From contig NC_043011.1 of the NCBI RefSeq assembly GCF_006345805.1, positions 4,588,001 to 4,652,000 on the forward strand: a stretch of DNA of 64,000 nt. Direction: 5' to 3'. The position numbers were made by a program, and so were the translations under genes. Positions 1-12,419 of the stretch are shown here, piece after piece (within the stretch, counting starts at the first letter, position 1; each line of letters opens with the position of its first letter). The notes beneath the pieces were generated by a model. It was given only the letters and a program-made list of their open reading frames with translations, ran no database searches and was not told the origin of the DNA. This DNA is from Octopus sinensis (taxonomy: Eukaryota).

Positions 1-2285
1 AGTAAATGGCGGTGCTCCAGCATGTCCTCAGTCATTGGACAGAAACTTAGAGAAAAAAAACCAAAAAAATATATATAAATATATATATATATATCATTGT
101 TATTATGCAAAAGTATCGTAATTCCAAAACGTTGCTTTTTCAGAAAACGAAAAAATAGTTTCACCATTCCATAGCAAAACCGTTGTACAATACTCTGACA
201 GGTTTTGATATCTTGGCATCTGAAGCAGCTGGAGATACGATAGTTTGACAAAAAGAAAATGAAGGATGCTTCTCGTAAAATGTGGTCCATGCTTGAGCTA
301 CACCTATAAATGTTTTAAAAGGCTGAATGATCACGAGTAGAATGTTTTTAGGTCATAGGTCTGCTTGAACAGAGCCAGCTTGGGGTTTATACATCACCAC
401 TCTTACTACCTAACCTTACTACCATATCCACCACCACCAACACCAACAACAACAACGGAAACAACAACAACAACACTAACACCACCACCACAACAACAAC
501 AACAGCAACAGCAATTACTACTCATCTCTAGCACTATTCATCATCGGGAGTTTCTTGTGAAGTTGCTTCATCGCAAGACAAGTCGACAGTCCTGCACTTT
601 CTAATCCCCCACATTTAATTAACTTAGGAATAATTCAAAGGGTTTGGTAATCCCGTCTTTCTCTACTTCAATTACCCACTCGCTGTGACCTCTAAGTGCA
701 GAAACATGCACACATTGCAAATGACGCAACTGGAAACTTCCTCCCCTCTCCTTCTGCACTCAAACGTCATCCACATGAAGTCTCGATACGTTGCAACAGA
801 TGGACATCCTATCCGTGACACACAGTTCTCCTTTGTAAGCCGACTGTAATGCAAACATAACCACCAAGTGTCATTTCAACAACACCACAAGCATTCTTGT
901 CGCGATTCCTGTCAAAGAAGTTTCTGTGAATTCTGTGAAAACCATCTTTCAGTTTTTTCAACAATGTGTTTTTCTTATGTACGAAACAGCAACCCCAGAT
1001 TTTAAAATTCCGTTGTTTGAGTGATTTCAAAGATAAACAACAAGCGCTTTTTATATAGGCCTAGAGCTATATATTTATGGTGGGTGTGAAGAGTGTTAGT
1101 TAATTATAGCGATTTTAGTACTCCATTGGTATTTTATTTTATCGACCCCAGAATCACAAGAAATTAATTTGACCTTAGCAGAATTCGAGCTCAAAATGAC
1201 AAAAGTGAGAACAACTACCACAAAACACTTTGTCCAACACTCCAAGTATCTGCCTATCCACCATCCTCAATTTCGGCGATAATAATGGAAAGAAAAGAAA
1301 ATAGTAAATACAATGTTATTACCAGTTCAAATATGCTTGTCGAACGTTCGAATTCGTAAGCAAGCCATTCACTGTGTTTTGTCATGGAGAAAATTTCTCA
1401 ATGAAGACAGATTGTGCAAATACACCTGAATCAGCTCGTAGCGCCACAAGCATTTCGGAGTGGTTATCTCCTCTTCAGTCACAGAAATCGGACGGGGGCA
1501 CTGCGAGCTGATAAGAGAGATTGTCTCTCTTATACTGTTTCAGTCCTCGTTCAATGACTGGTAGCGTAATCAGTGTTGGTTGTGATTGTGGTGGTTTTAG
1601 CCATAGTTTATTGCTGGGTATTACTTTAAGTCGTATCTTTATCCTTAAACAAAGTCTCTGCGCAAGCCGTCAGTCACCCTAAAGATGACCAAATGGTCCT
1701 CGTCGCTCCGACGGACGAACATAACAAGCCCAATGTTAGTTCTGACTGAGAAAACCCGAACAAAGGTATTCCCTAGTTAAAGGCATACCTAACAGTCTTC
1801 CCACTTATTTGTATAATATTGTCCCTCCTTTTCTATCATTTAAGATGGCATGGTGCACTTTCCAGGTGAGTTAGCTGCCATTTCTAGCATGTCGAGCAAT
1901 GCTAGATTATCTTTTCTGATCATTGACAGTGATCACCCACATAAAATACAGAAAAGATTGCCTCATTGACAGTGAATGTCTTAGAAAACACCTCAGACAA
2001 AATCAGTCAAAAGATTTGGTGTTCCCAAGTAATTTTCCTTCTTGAGCTCTAGGACTCATAAGACTTGTTACCTGGTTTCTTTGGTGCTTCGTGACCGAGG
2101 TGACCCCATTCCCTTGAACGGTACGCCGAGGTGTTGCAGGATTCAAGGCAAGCAATTTTGAGGGGTGGGATAAATCGATTATATCGACCCCAGTACTTGA
2201 CTGGTACTTTATTTATCTCATCGACTCTGAAAGGATAAAAGGCAAAGTTGCATTACAGTGTAACGTAATTGATGTTTGATTCACA

Positions 2286-2364
<79 letters not shown>

Positions 2365-3372
2365 TAGGCGTCTCAAAACTAGAATGGAGAAAGCTGATTC
2401 GAAGTCTATAGATCCAATCCATCACAGGAAATGTAAAAATCTATAAAATTTTGCAGTTTATCATGTCCAGATGAGCATGTCTAGATATGCAAGTATATGC
2501 ATGAGGAGACATACATAAAACAAAACATATAAATCTGTGAGTATACATACATACATACATACGTACATACATACATACATACATACATACATACGTACAT
2601 ACATACATACATACGTACATACATACATACATACATACACACATACATACATACATACATACGTACGTACATACATACATACATACATACATACATACAT
2701 ACATACATACAAAAATATATTGTTGATGTTGGCAAGAAATCTTGAAATAAAACTGAATAATGATATACATACATGCATGCATACACACACACACACACAC
2801 ACACACCACACACACACACAACACACACACAACACACACACACACACACACACACATGGCGGACTGCGTACAGTTTCCGTCAATCCAATTCACTCACAAG
2901 GTGTTGGTCAGCTCAAGGCTATAGTAGAAATCACGTGCCCAAAGTGCCGCGCAGTGGGATTGAACCTGTAACCAAGTGGTTGCGAAATGAGATTCTTAAT
3001 CATACAGCCATGACTGTGTGTAAGTTTCAAATAAGACCAAAACACTGCGAATAATCTGCCATAATAACTCATGTTGTCTATTATATATTCATCATCGACC
3101 TGGAATTGCACTGTACAGCCAGTACGACTTGGAATCATGTTCTATGCTTTTCCTACTTGTTTTAGGTACAGATATAGTCGTACCATCTAAACGCCCAGTT
3201 CTTATGGCGATGTGATGGTCTGTATGCTGCACTGAATTTGAAAGTTATACCAGCAGAGCGCAAACTCCCTGAAGGGCCTCTCATCTCAGCTCAAAAGGCA
3301 GAGCCCTGACTAACTTGATGTTTAATGGATTACCTCTTTCCAGAGGTAAAATGGGTTTGCATATGGCCAATA

Positions 3373-3735
3373 GGAGGCGCGTGGCTTAGTGGTTAGGGTG
3401 TCAGTACCATGATCGTAAGATTGTGGTTTCGATTCCTGGACCGTGCGACGCGTTGTGTTCTTGAGCAAAACACTTCATTTCACGTTGCTCCAGTCCACTC
3501 AGCTGGCAAAAATGAGTAATGCTGTGATGGACTGGTGTCCCGTCCAGCTGGGGAACACATACGCCATTGGAACTGGGAAACCGGGCCCATGAGCCTGGCT
3601 AGGCTTTAAGAGGGTGCAAATAAAATAATGGGGATAGAACTGCGATGGACTGGCGTCCTGTCCATCTGGGGAACACATACGCCATTGAAACCGGGAAACC
3701 GGGCCCATGAGCCTGGGTAGGCTTTAAAAGGGCGC
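3373..3735 (+). mobile_element. SINE-C (tRNA-derived; gatggactggcgtcc domain) with duplicated 3' half
   Basis: A-box tggcttagtgg, B-box ggtttcgattcc, gtgttcttgagcaaaacact; the 3' half is present twice (~3525-3617 and 3644-3735). Confidence 0.85.
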
Positions 3736-3869
3736 ATTTATTATTTATTATATGGTCAATAACCCTACATAGAAAAAAAAACAAGGCTAGAGAAGCATCG
3801 ATAATAATTGAAAAAGCTGGGAGAGGAAGGCCTTACCTCAGGGAAACATATGACGCAGTGCAGCAAAAT

Positions 3870-4110
3870 CTGAAAGGAAGATGCTTAGGCCAGACCTTAA
3901 GGGAACTAACATCCTGCATTATACGTAAAGCCCTAACCTGGTACCCAAGAGGGAGGAGGAAGAAAGAACGCTCCAAACGTATCTGGAAACAGGATACTGA
4001 GGCAGATTTGAAAAAGCAGGGAAGCAGAAAAGACAACCCAGAGTCGAGAATATAGGAAAAAAGTCGATGGCCTATGTTCCATAAAGAGTGAAAATGCTTA
4101 AGTAAGTATA
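3870..4110 (+). mobile_element. RTE-clade LINE 3' end
   Basis: IIRKALTWYPRGRRKKERSKRIW..DL, then an RTE-type terminus ggcctatgttcc...gcttaagtaagta. Confidence 0.65.
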
Positions 4111-4451
4111 TAGTCGCGAACAAAAACAGGCATCATATTGAATGCCTAACTCTTGGCCCAACATCAGATCTAGGATATAACAGTTGGAAGGAAAGAAAGC
4201 TGCTTAATCATTTACAAATGAATACATTGAAACAACGTGAAATAAAGAACCTTACTCAAGGACACAACGTGTTGCCTGGTGCAGGTCTTGAACCCACAGC
4301 CTGATGATCATGCACGAGTACCCTACCTATTAAGCAACGCACATTACATATTGATTTGCAATAAAGTAGAAATATTCGTATAAGGTACACTACAGATATT
4401 TTCTTTAATTCGTAAATGTTGTCATGCTTCACGAGACCCAGAGCCAGAGCC

Positions 4452-4452
<1 letters not shown>

Positions 4453-4496
<44 letters not shown>

Positions 4497-4534
4497 TAAT
4501 AATAATAATAATGATGATGATAATAATAATAATA

Positions 4535-4590
<56 letters not shown>

Positions 4591-4631
4591 TTAATGATAA
4601 TGATAATAATAATAATAATGATAATAATAAA
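4453..4631. repeat. (AAT)n microsatellite
   Basis: Direct reading. Confidence 0.95.
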
Positions 4632-5194
4632 TGCCCTGATACAGTACCAGGCAGTGTCTTTCGTGGCTTCTGATCTTAACTGATTGGAATTGTTATCATG
4701 TTATCATGTACATTGTTTTGTCTTGGTATAAAAGATGGGCTACAGCAAATATTCTGCTGAATACCACAGATTTGCTTGTCAGTTGTTTGACCTTAACCAG
4801 TTGAGCATGTCCCTTAGTGGCTGACGATATGTGCATCTCTGATCACGAGTAGAAGTAGTGGGGAACATCATAGCCATGTGTTGAGAGGGATTCTTTGGGG
4901 TTTGAATAATTCACCTTTGGAAACACAAGTGTTTCGTTCAACATCCTTAAACAACCCTTATTCAATGACCTCCTGAGCGGGAAGGGCTACTCGACCAGAA
5001 GAAAATTCTAACTGGGCCCCACCTGCAAGGTCATGTGCTGTTTATCTTGATATGAGATCACCATGTAGCGCACATATGGTTGTGATGCATATGCCTGGTG
5101 TACCCTTATCAGAGTAGTAGTCATGATGGGTATATTGGGCTTCGTATATTCGTACCCCAATTTCTCTTTGATGGCATGCACTGCTCTCTCACTC
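4632..5194. mobile_element. Unclassified ~560-bp non-coding element embedded in (AAT)n, copy 1
   Basis: Full-length reverse-complement homolog at 25168-25709; no ORF, TIR or A/B box seen. Confidence 0.8.
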
Positions 5195-5200
5195 AATAAC

Positions 5201-6090
<890 letters not shown>

Positions 6091-6262
6091 GAATCCTTAC
6101 TCCATATCACGATCTACACGCTTGAATATTCTAGAAACAGCTGTAAGAGACTCTGTCTATGTTTTCAGTCTAAATTAAATGGGTGTTGTTTCGAATGATA
6201 CCAAATATTTTGTCTTTTCATTTTTATTTTAAGCTACATACATACATACATACATACATACA

Positions 6263-6296
<34 letters not shown>

Positions 6297-6785
6297 CGTT
6301 ACGTTCATGTACACACATGCACACACAATTTTATTTAATTTGCAGTCTTCACTCGCAAGCGAGTATCACATTGGTCCTTGAAGCATGCTTTCGCTAATTG
6401 CTTTAGGGTATCCACGTCGTCACCAGAATACGCAGACATCCTCTCAACTCTCATTGACGCAACAGAACATCCGACACCTGATAAATGGATGGTGAGAGGC
6501 TGGTACTTATTTTACAGTTGAGTGGACTGAAACACCATGAAATGAAATGCTTTGCTGAAGAACTTGATGCTCCACCTGGTCCTGGAATCGAACCCACGAC
6601 CTTGCCCCAGTGAATTCAAACACTCTAAACACTAGTCAGCGCGCCTTCACATCCACAGACACACATACGTGCGTAACGTTACATACATATACACACGCAT
6701 TTTCCGATATATACATAACAACGTAGATATTGTACTGCATATTTACTTACATACATATGCAAATGTATAGATAAATGTATAAATG

Positions 6786-7114
6786 TATATATATATATAT
6801 ATATTGTTATATTTCGGAATGGTCATTTTGCCAGTTTAGCCAATAAAAACACATGCACTATATATTTGGTGTTACTTTGCTTCAGTGTTATTTATTTTTT
6901 ACATTAATCTTAATCTTATTTCTGCCAGAGTTCTTTCGTCACACTCCTGTTACCGCATCAGTGGTCCTTTGTTTTCTTCTTTCGTATTAAGATTAATGTA
7001 AAAAATAAATAACACTGAAGCAAAGTAACACCAAATATATAGTGCATGTGTTTTTATTGGCTAAACTGGCAAAATGACCATTCCGAAATATAACAATATA
7101 TATATATATATATA
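6786..7114. repeat. Perfect inverted repeat, 129-bp arms (111 bp unique + TA) with a 71-nt loop; PLE-type solo pLTR with inverted copy
   Basis: 6804-6914 is the exact reverse complement of 6986-7096, checked base by base. Confidence 0.95.
6925..6964 (-). ncRNA. Hammerhead-like motif in the loop of the inverted repeat
   Basis: cca-CTGATGCG-gtaaca ggag tgtgac-GAAA-gaac-TC-tgg: stem I cca/tgg, stem II 5 of 6 bp, non-canonical 8-nt 5' core. Confidence 0.45.
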
Positions 7115-7149
7115 TACTTTATTTTAAGCAGCAGAAAATTCAACAAAAT

Positions 7150-7187
7150 CTGTTACTCTGAGTTTCTCGTTGCCGTTCATCAGACAG
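7150..7187 (-). ncRNA. Minimal type I hammerhead ribozyme in 3' pLTR
   Basis: Minus strand reads ctgt-CTGATGA-a cg gcaa cg a-GAAA-ctc a gag-TA-acag: stem I ctgt/acag, canonical core, palindromic stem III and a GUA cleavage triplet. The base of stem II is an A.A mismatch. Confidence 0.75.
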
Positions 7188-8245
7188 TTTTTGCTAGAAT
7201 GGAACTTATATATTAATTCAATCTATACTCTTACAAACGCTACACCTTTAAAAAGAAATGGACTTGTTTGATTGGCCCTTTAGAAAAAACGGTCAATCTT
7301 CGAGCGATAAACAAAAAGGTCAAAAATATATGTATATATATAAAAAAACTTATAAAAAATATAAAATCCGAGGAAAAAACCGAGGAAAAACCTATTGCCG
7401 TTAATGAAGACAGTGCAAATTAATGCATAGAAATTAAACCTGTTATAAATACTGCAATACATATTTATATTAAATCTACATATATATATCAACATACACA
7501 AAAGGATGCGCGTAAACGCCATACATACATTACAGACGTATGAATATGAATCTAAATATACACATAAAAGCATGTGTACATATATTCACGCAAACCGTCT
7601 CGCACGCAAGCTAAAATTCATCTATGTAGCAATTCTCATATACTGAGCAAGGAGGGGGAACGAAAGAAAGGGAAAGAGAGAAAAAGGAACGAAGGAGGGG
7701 TGGGGAAAAAACTTGTAACGATGTTATTGGCATCTATAGAGACCAGTATACATACACAAGTTTGAATGGATACATATACATACCGTCGTGTATATGTGTG
7801 CTTAAGCACAAGCATACTTTCACTTACACATACACAGATACGCATGCTTACAAATACATATGCTTTGCTATACACATACTTATATAAACATTCTAATTTT
7901 GACAACATTGCTTTTTTTTTAAAAAAACATTGCTTTTAAAAAATAAAAAAAAATAAAAAAATGGGTGCATTAATAAAAATATATACGAAAGACATATAAA
8001 ATAAAATATAACATCCTATTTTGGGTCATTTATAAATAATCAAGGTAATATAAATAATCAAGGTAATCCTATGCAATACAATAACATGAAAACAAAGTTT
8101 GTAGGTTTTTCCTAATATATATGTAGAAACATAAGACTTTGCTATACGGATTAATATCCGCGTAGCTTGGAAACAGAATCAAAATCCGTCGTAACGCTCA
8201 AGAGTCAAAATCAAAATCAAAAATCAAAAATACAAAATATATACT

Positions 8246-10368
8246 CTATCCATATGGTATATTTATATTCGACATTTTAAATTTAGCCGCGTGCCTACAT
8301 AAGTTCATTAACTCACTTCTTTGATTCAAAGAATTATTGTCTTTGAATAAGATGTGCATTTTTTCTAATAGGCAGAGTCTGCACTTGAAATTATATTTGT
8401 AAGCTCCATGCCTGTATGGTGCCGCCCTGTCCAGAATGCTCCATGTCACGTTGAAAGGTGGGGCTTCCTTTTCTTTTAGATCCCAGACATATTTTGCTAG
8501 GCTGGTTTTCTTCCTATTCTCTGGGTATTTAAAAGAATTTTTATGAGAATAAAATCTTGTTTTAAATGAATTTTCTGAAGCCCCTGTGTATGTCTTGTAT
8601 TCCGATGAGCCTTCCACTTGCACCTTGGCTCTATAAACTACTCCTTTCACTAGACATTTCCCTTCTAATGGACAGGAGCTTTCGTTTTTGTAATTACATT
8701 TCTTAATGGGCTCGGCACCATGTCTAATCTCAATTAGCTTCCTATTATGTTGGCTAATGTAAGAGGCGAAATTTCTGCAACAAGAATAGCTAACCTTCAG
8801 GGTTCTTCTATTAAATATTCTGTAGAATTTATGACCCTGCTTAAAATGCTTAGAGACTAATCTCAAAAATTCCTTACCTATATTAGTCTTTACGGCCAAA
8901 TTGAAAGCCGGGTTGAACTACAAAACTTTCCTGGTCCTAGTTCTTCGTGCAGCATTATTATTAGCATTAAGCTGGTTGAACTGGATCTCCGAGAATCCAC
9001 TATTCTTTAATGCGCTATCGTAATAAGGTGCAGCATTATGGAATGCTGCCTCGTCCGAAGAAATTGAAGATATTCTTCTACCTACATTGCTGACTAAGTT
9101 GCTAAGGATAACTGGTGGATGGTTCGAATCTTTGTTAATATACGATAGCTTTTCATTGGGCTTACGGAAAGGTTTAAATCTATCCGATCTTCCATTAAAA
9201 TTTACGTCTAAAAAATCTACACTATTCAGGTTAGCATCTATCGTAATCCGTAAGCCCATCCTTTGAAAGAAAGCTATAAGGTCCTTCCTAAGTCTATCTG
9301 ATTCATGGCCGTTTAGATTATGCGTGGCTATAAGGCCTATATAAACCTGCATCTATAAATGGGAATTCTATTCTTAGATTATGGAGAATAAAGGCTCCTA
9401 TGAGCATACATAATTCAGCCCCGTCGTATGCCCCCATCGGTACATCGAAAAGAGAATCCTCAGTCTTCTTAATCCAGGTGGAATCCTCGAAAAAAAGAAG
9501 CGATTTCCTCGCATGCATAATAATTTCAATTTCCGAGCTATCGATGTTGACATACTGCTTGGCGAAGTCCAATGCCCTTAGGAGCAACGTCCTAGATATT
9601 GACGGGTAAAAGTCAATAATGTCGAATTGTGTGAAACTACAATTATTCTTATAGCTAATACCTTTAAACCACTCTATAACTGACTTACTATTCTTCCAAT
9701 TCTCAAGTCTACTTCACTATCTAACTTAACTAAAATACGGTCCAAAATATTTTTGCTAATAATTCCTATCTCAGTTTTAGCCGGATTTATCAATCTACAT
9801 TTGGGGTTTCTACTAAAATTGGCTTTATGGTCTTTCAGAGTAATAAAAGCTGGTCGTGGTGAAAGGTATTCAATCCTATCGCTAATCTTAAGATCGTTAG
9901 CTATTCCTCTTGCTTCTAAGTTCACCTCTTTGTATATATTCGTGTAGTCTTTTTTGTATGTGTCCGTGACACTATTCGAAATCAGGCGTTTATAAACGTC
10001 CTTATCAAGTGCATATAAGTTCCTTGTCTTGTCAGAATTAACGAAGATTTTATTCGAGTCGTTAATCTCCTTAATTTTTTCTCTCATATTTGTCTGCAAT
10101 TGGTTGGTATATTTGCGGAATTTAATTTTCCTAATAAGCTCGAAAAGGTCTTTCTCGAAGGCTTCTAATTCCGGAATCGGTGGCGGGTTTCTGGGAGATT
10201 TAAATCCATATTTGTTTCCTTCTATTTTCTGTTTATTATCAAAGAAGAAGGCTTTCCATCTCAGTCTTCTAATAAACTCTTCGTTTTCTCTATAAGACCT
10301 TTGATATATTGTTTCTGTGCAGGGATAGGTATATTTTTCTGAGAAAAATCCAGCGGGTAAAGTTCCAT
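8246..10368 (-). pseudogene. Penelope-like RT/GIY-YIG polyprotein pseudogene (possibly Naiad-type)
   Basis: ATG at 10368 (MELYPLDFSQKNIPIP), RLRWKAFFF, SDKT, FDIIDFYPSI, GVPMG-like DVPMGAYDGAE, thumb FLDV, SYSC, CN.K....CPLEGKC, VY..YTG..FKTRF..H, CRLCLLEK. Broken by several frameshifts and a TAG at 8918-8920. Confidence 0.88.
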
Positions 10369-10539
10369 CTTTTTCAGCTGTTTGTTCTTCCTACTTGTGC
10401 AGAGTCGCTCAAACTTTTACAAGGAGCGAGTTAGACCGGAGTAAACACATAAATGTGAAACAAGGTGGAAAAAAGAGTACTCAAATACCAGTGGTAGAGT
10501 AATATGCTTTATTTTAAGCAGCAGAAAATTCAACAAAAT

Positions 10540-10577
10540 CTGTTACTCTGAGTTTCTCGTTGCCGTTCATCAGACAG
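10540..10577 (-). ncRNA. Minimal type I hammerhead ribozyme in 5' pLTR
   Basis: Identical to 7150-7187; lies about 170 nt upstream of the PLE ATG. Confidence 0.75.
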
Positions 10578-10743
10578 TTTTTGCTAGAATATATATATAT
10601 ATACATTTATACGTGTACATATAGATATATATTTCAAGTTTATTGGCTAAACTGGCAAAATGACCATTCCGAAATATAACAATATCTGTTTCAACACACG
10701 ACTTCACATAAAAAATCTTGCACAACAAATATATATATATATA

Positions 10744-11000
10744 CTTTATGTAAAAGCAGCAGAAATATAACAAAAGCTGTCACTCGGAGTTTCACGTTCC
10801 CGTTCGTCGGACAGTTTTGTTAAAATAGAACCAAAATAACAATTTGATCAAAACTCGCTAAACGATACACCTTTAAAAATGGATTTGTTTCATTGGTCCT
10901 TTCAGATAAAGGTCATAGGCAAGCGATAAACAAAATAAACAAAACAAAATAAATGAGTTCAATATAAATTATAAAAATCAAGGAAAAACCTTAAATCGAA
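10744..11000 (-). mobile_element. 3' end/pLTR of a second, diverged Penelope-like subfamily
   Basis: Colinear similarity to 7117-~7330 (gcagcagaaa, hammerhead, tacacctttaaaaa, gcgataaacaaaa); ends in (TA)n. Confidence 0.65.
10777..10814 (-). ncRNA. Hammerhead variant in a diverged PLE 3' end
   Basis: ctgt-CCGACGA-acg ggaa cgt-GAAA-ctc c gag-TG-acag: stems conserved by covariation relative to 7150-7187, but U4C and a G at the cleavage position. Confidence 0.6.
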
Positions 11001-11224
11001 GAGTTGATTCAAATCCATATTGTCATTAATTATGTAGAAAATATAATTCGATTAATACAATTAATACATAAAAATTGAAATTAAAATATATTAAAATATT
11101 TCACAAGAGTATATACTCATACTAAACCATCAATATACATATATATACATCAAAATACACAGATAGATGTGCACATATATACATATATATGTTTAATGGT
11201 GTATATGTATACATATATATATAT

Positions 11225-11438
11225 TACTCTTTACTCTTTTACTTGTTTCAGTCATTTGACTGCGGCCATGCTGGAGCACCGCCTTTAGTCGAGCAAATCG
11301 ACCCCGGGACCTATTCTTTGTAAGCCCAGTACTTATTCTATCGGTCTCTTTTGCCGAACCGCTAAGTGACAGGGACGTAAACACACCAGCATCGGTTGTC
11401 AAGCAATGCTAGGGGGACAAACACAAACACAGAAACAA

Positions 11439-11498
<60 letters not shown>

Positions 11499-11661
11499 GA
11501 CAAGCTTCTTTCAGTTTCCGTCTACCAAATCCACTCACAAGGCATTGGTCGGCCCGGGGCCATAGCAGAAGACACTTGCCCAAAGTGCCACGCAGTGGGA
11601 CTGAACCCGGAACCATGTGGTTGGTTAGCAAGCTACTTACCACACAGCGACTCTTGCGCCT
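11225..11661 (-). mobile_element. SINE-B (tRNA-derived, CORE-like ccttgggcaag, internal microsatellite), full length
   Basis: aggcgcaagagtcgctgtgtggtaag head, gggttcagtccc B-box region, ggcggtgctccagcatggccgcag...gtaaaaga tail. Confidence 0.85.
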
Positions 11662-12286
11662 ATATATATATATATATATATGTATATCAATGTGTTTGTA
11701 CATACAGATTTATATATACATTATAGATGTATATATATGTATACATACATTTATATATATACATATATACATATATACATACATATCTATATAGATATAG
11801 ATATATGCATACATATACATATAGCTATCTGTATATATGTACTTGTATATACTTCCTTGGCAATAATTTATACTAACTCATACACAAACACCGTCTCAAA
11901 GACAGAACAGTCAGCATAAATTTCCTTTTTGTACGCTTTTCTCCTTTTCTATTTTTCTTCTCTTTTGGTCTCCTTCCTTCTTAGCCTGCTTCCCAGCCCA
12001 GTCCTGGCCCCTAATTTTTCACAGACCCCTGTTTCATTTCAGTTCTTACCATGCCCTAAATCCTCAATGCACTCTATTATCTTCCTCTTCTTCTCCTTCT
12101 GTCTCTCTCTTTTTCTCTGTCTCTCTCTGTTTCTCACTGTCTCTCTCTCTCTCGCCTTCTCTGTTTATCTTCCATTCTATCTCTCTTTCTCCTTCTCTCT
12201 CTCGTCCTTATGTCTCTTTCTCTCTTTCTCACCATTCCCCCGTCTCCGTCGCTGCCACCTTCAGCCAAGCTAGATATCCGTTTCTG

Positions 12287-12357
12287 ATTGGTCGGGGCGG
12301 CCTCATCTGTTTCGCATTATCTATTATATAAATAAGGACTCTGCTCACCGTTCACTT
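12287..12357 (+). promoter_or_regulatory. Candidate Pol II core promoter
   Basis: Reverse CCAAT (attgg, 12287-12291), GC box (ggggcgg, 12294-12300), TATATAAA (12325-12332) and Inr-like TCACTT with A at 12354, 29 nt after the TATA start. Confidence 0.35.
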
Positions 12358-12419
12358 GCAATGGCCGCAATGGTTGGGTCGTTGAGGGAGGGGAGCAGAT
12401 AGATGGCGTTGTTGATAGT

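Larger units (their letters stand above)
7117..10590 (-). mobile_element. Penelope-like retroelement (RT + C-terminal GIY-YIG), full length but decayed, with 84-bp direct terminal repeats (pLTRs)
   Basis: 7117-7200 is identical to 10507-10590 and each copy holds a hammerhead motif. Both ends abut (TA)n. The interior encodes PLE RT and GIY-YIG fragments. Confidence 0.9.

Noticed and set aside
702-834. Possible exon with a gtaagc donor
   Set aside because: Weak acceptor, length not divisible by 3, and the peptide is unrecognisable.
4632-4720. HDV-like ribozyme at the end of the 560-bp element
   Set aside because: Only a short gccctg/caggc hairpin; the nested double-pseudoknot order could not be built.
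8246-8920. Selenocysteine recoding in the PLE endonuclease region
   Set aside because: The Cys positions are ordinary Cys or Tyr codons; the only in-frame stop is TAG at an expected Trp, and no SECIS was recognised.
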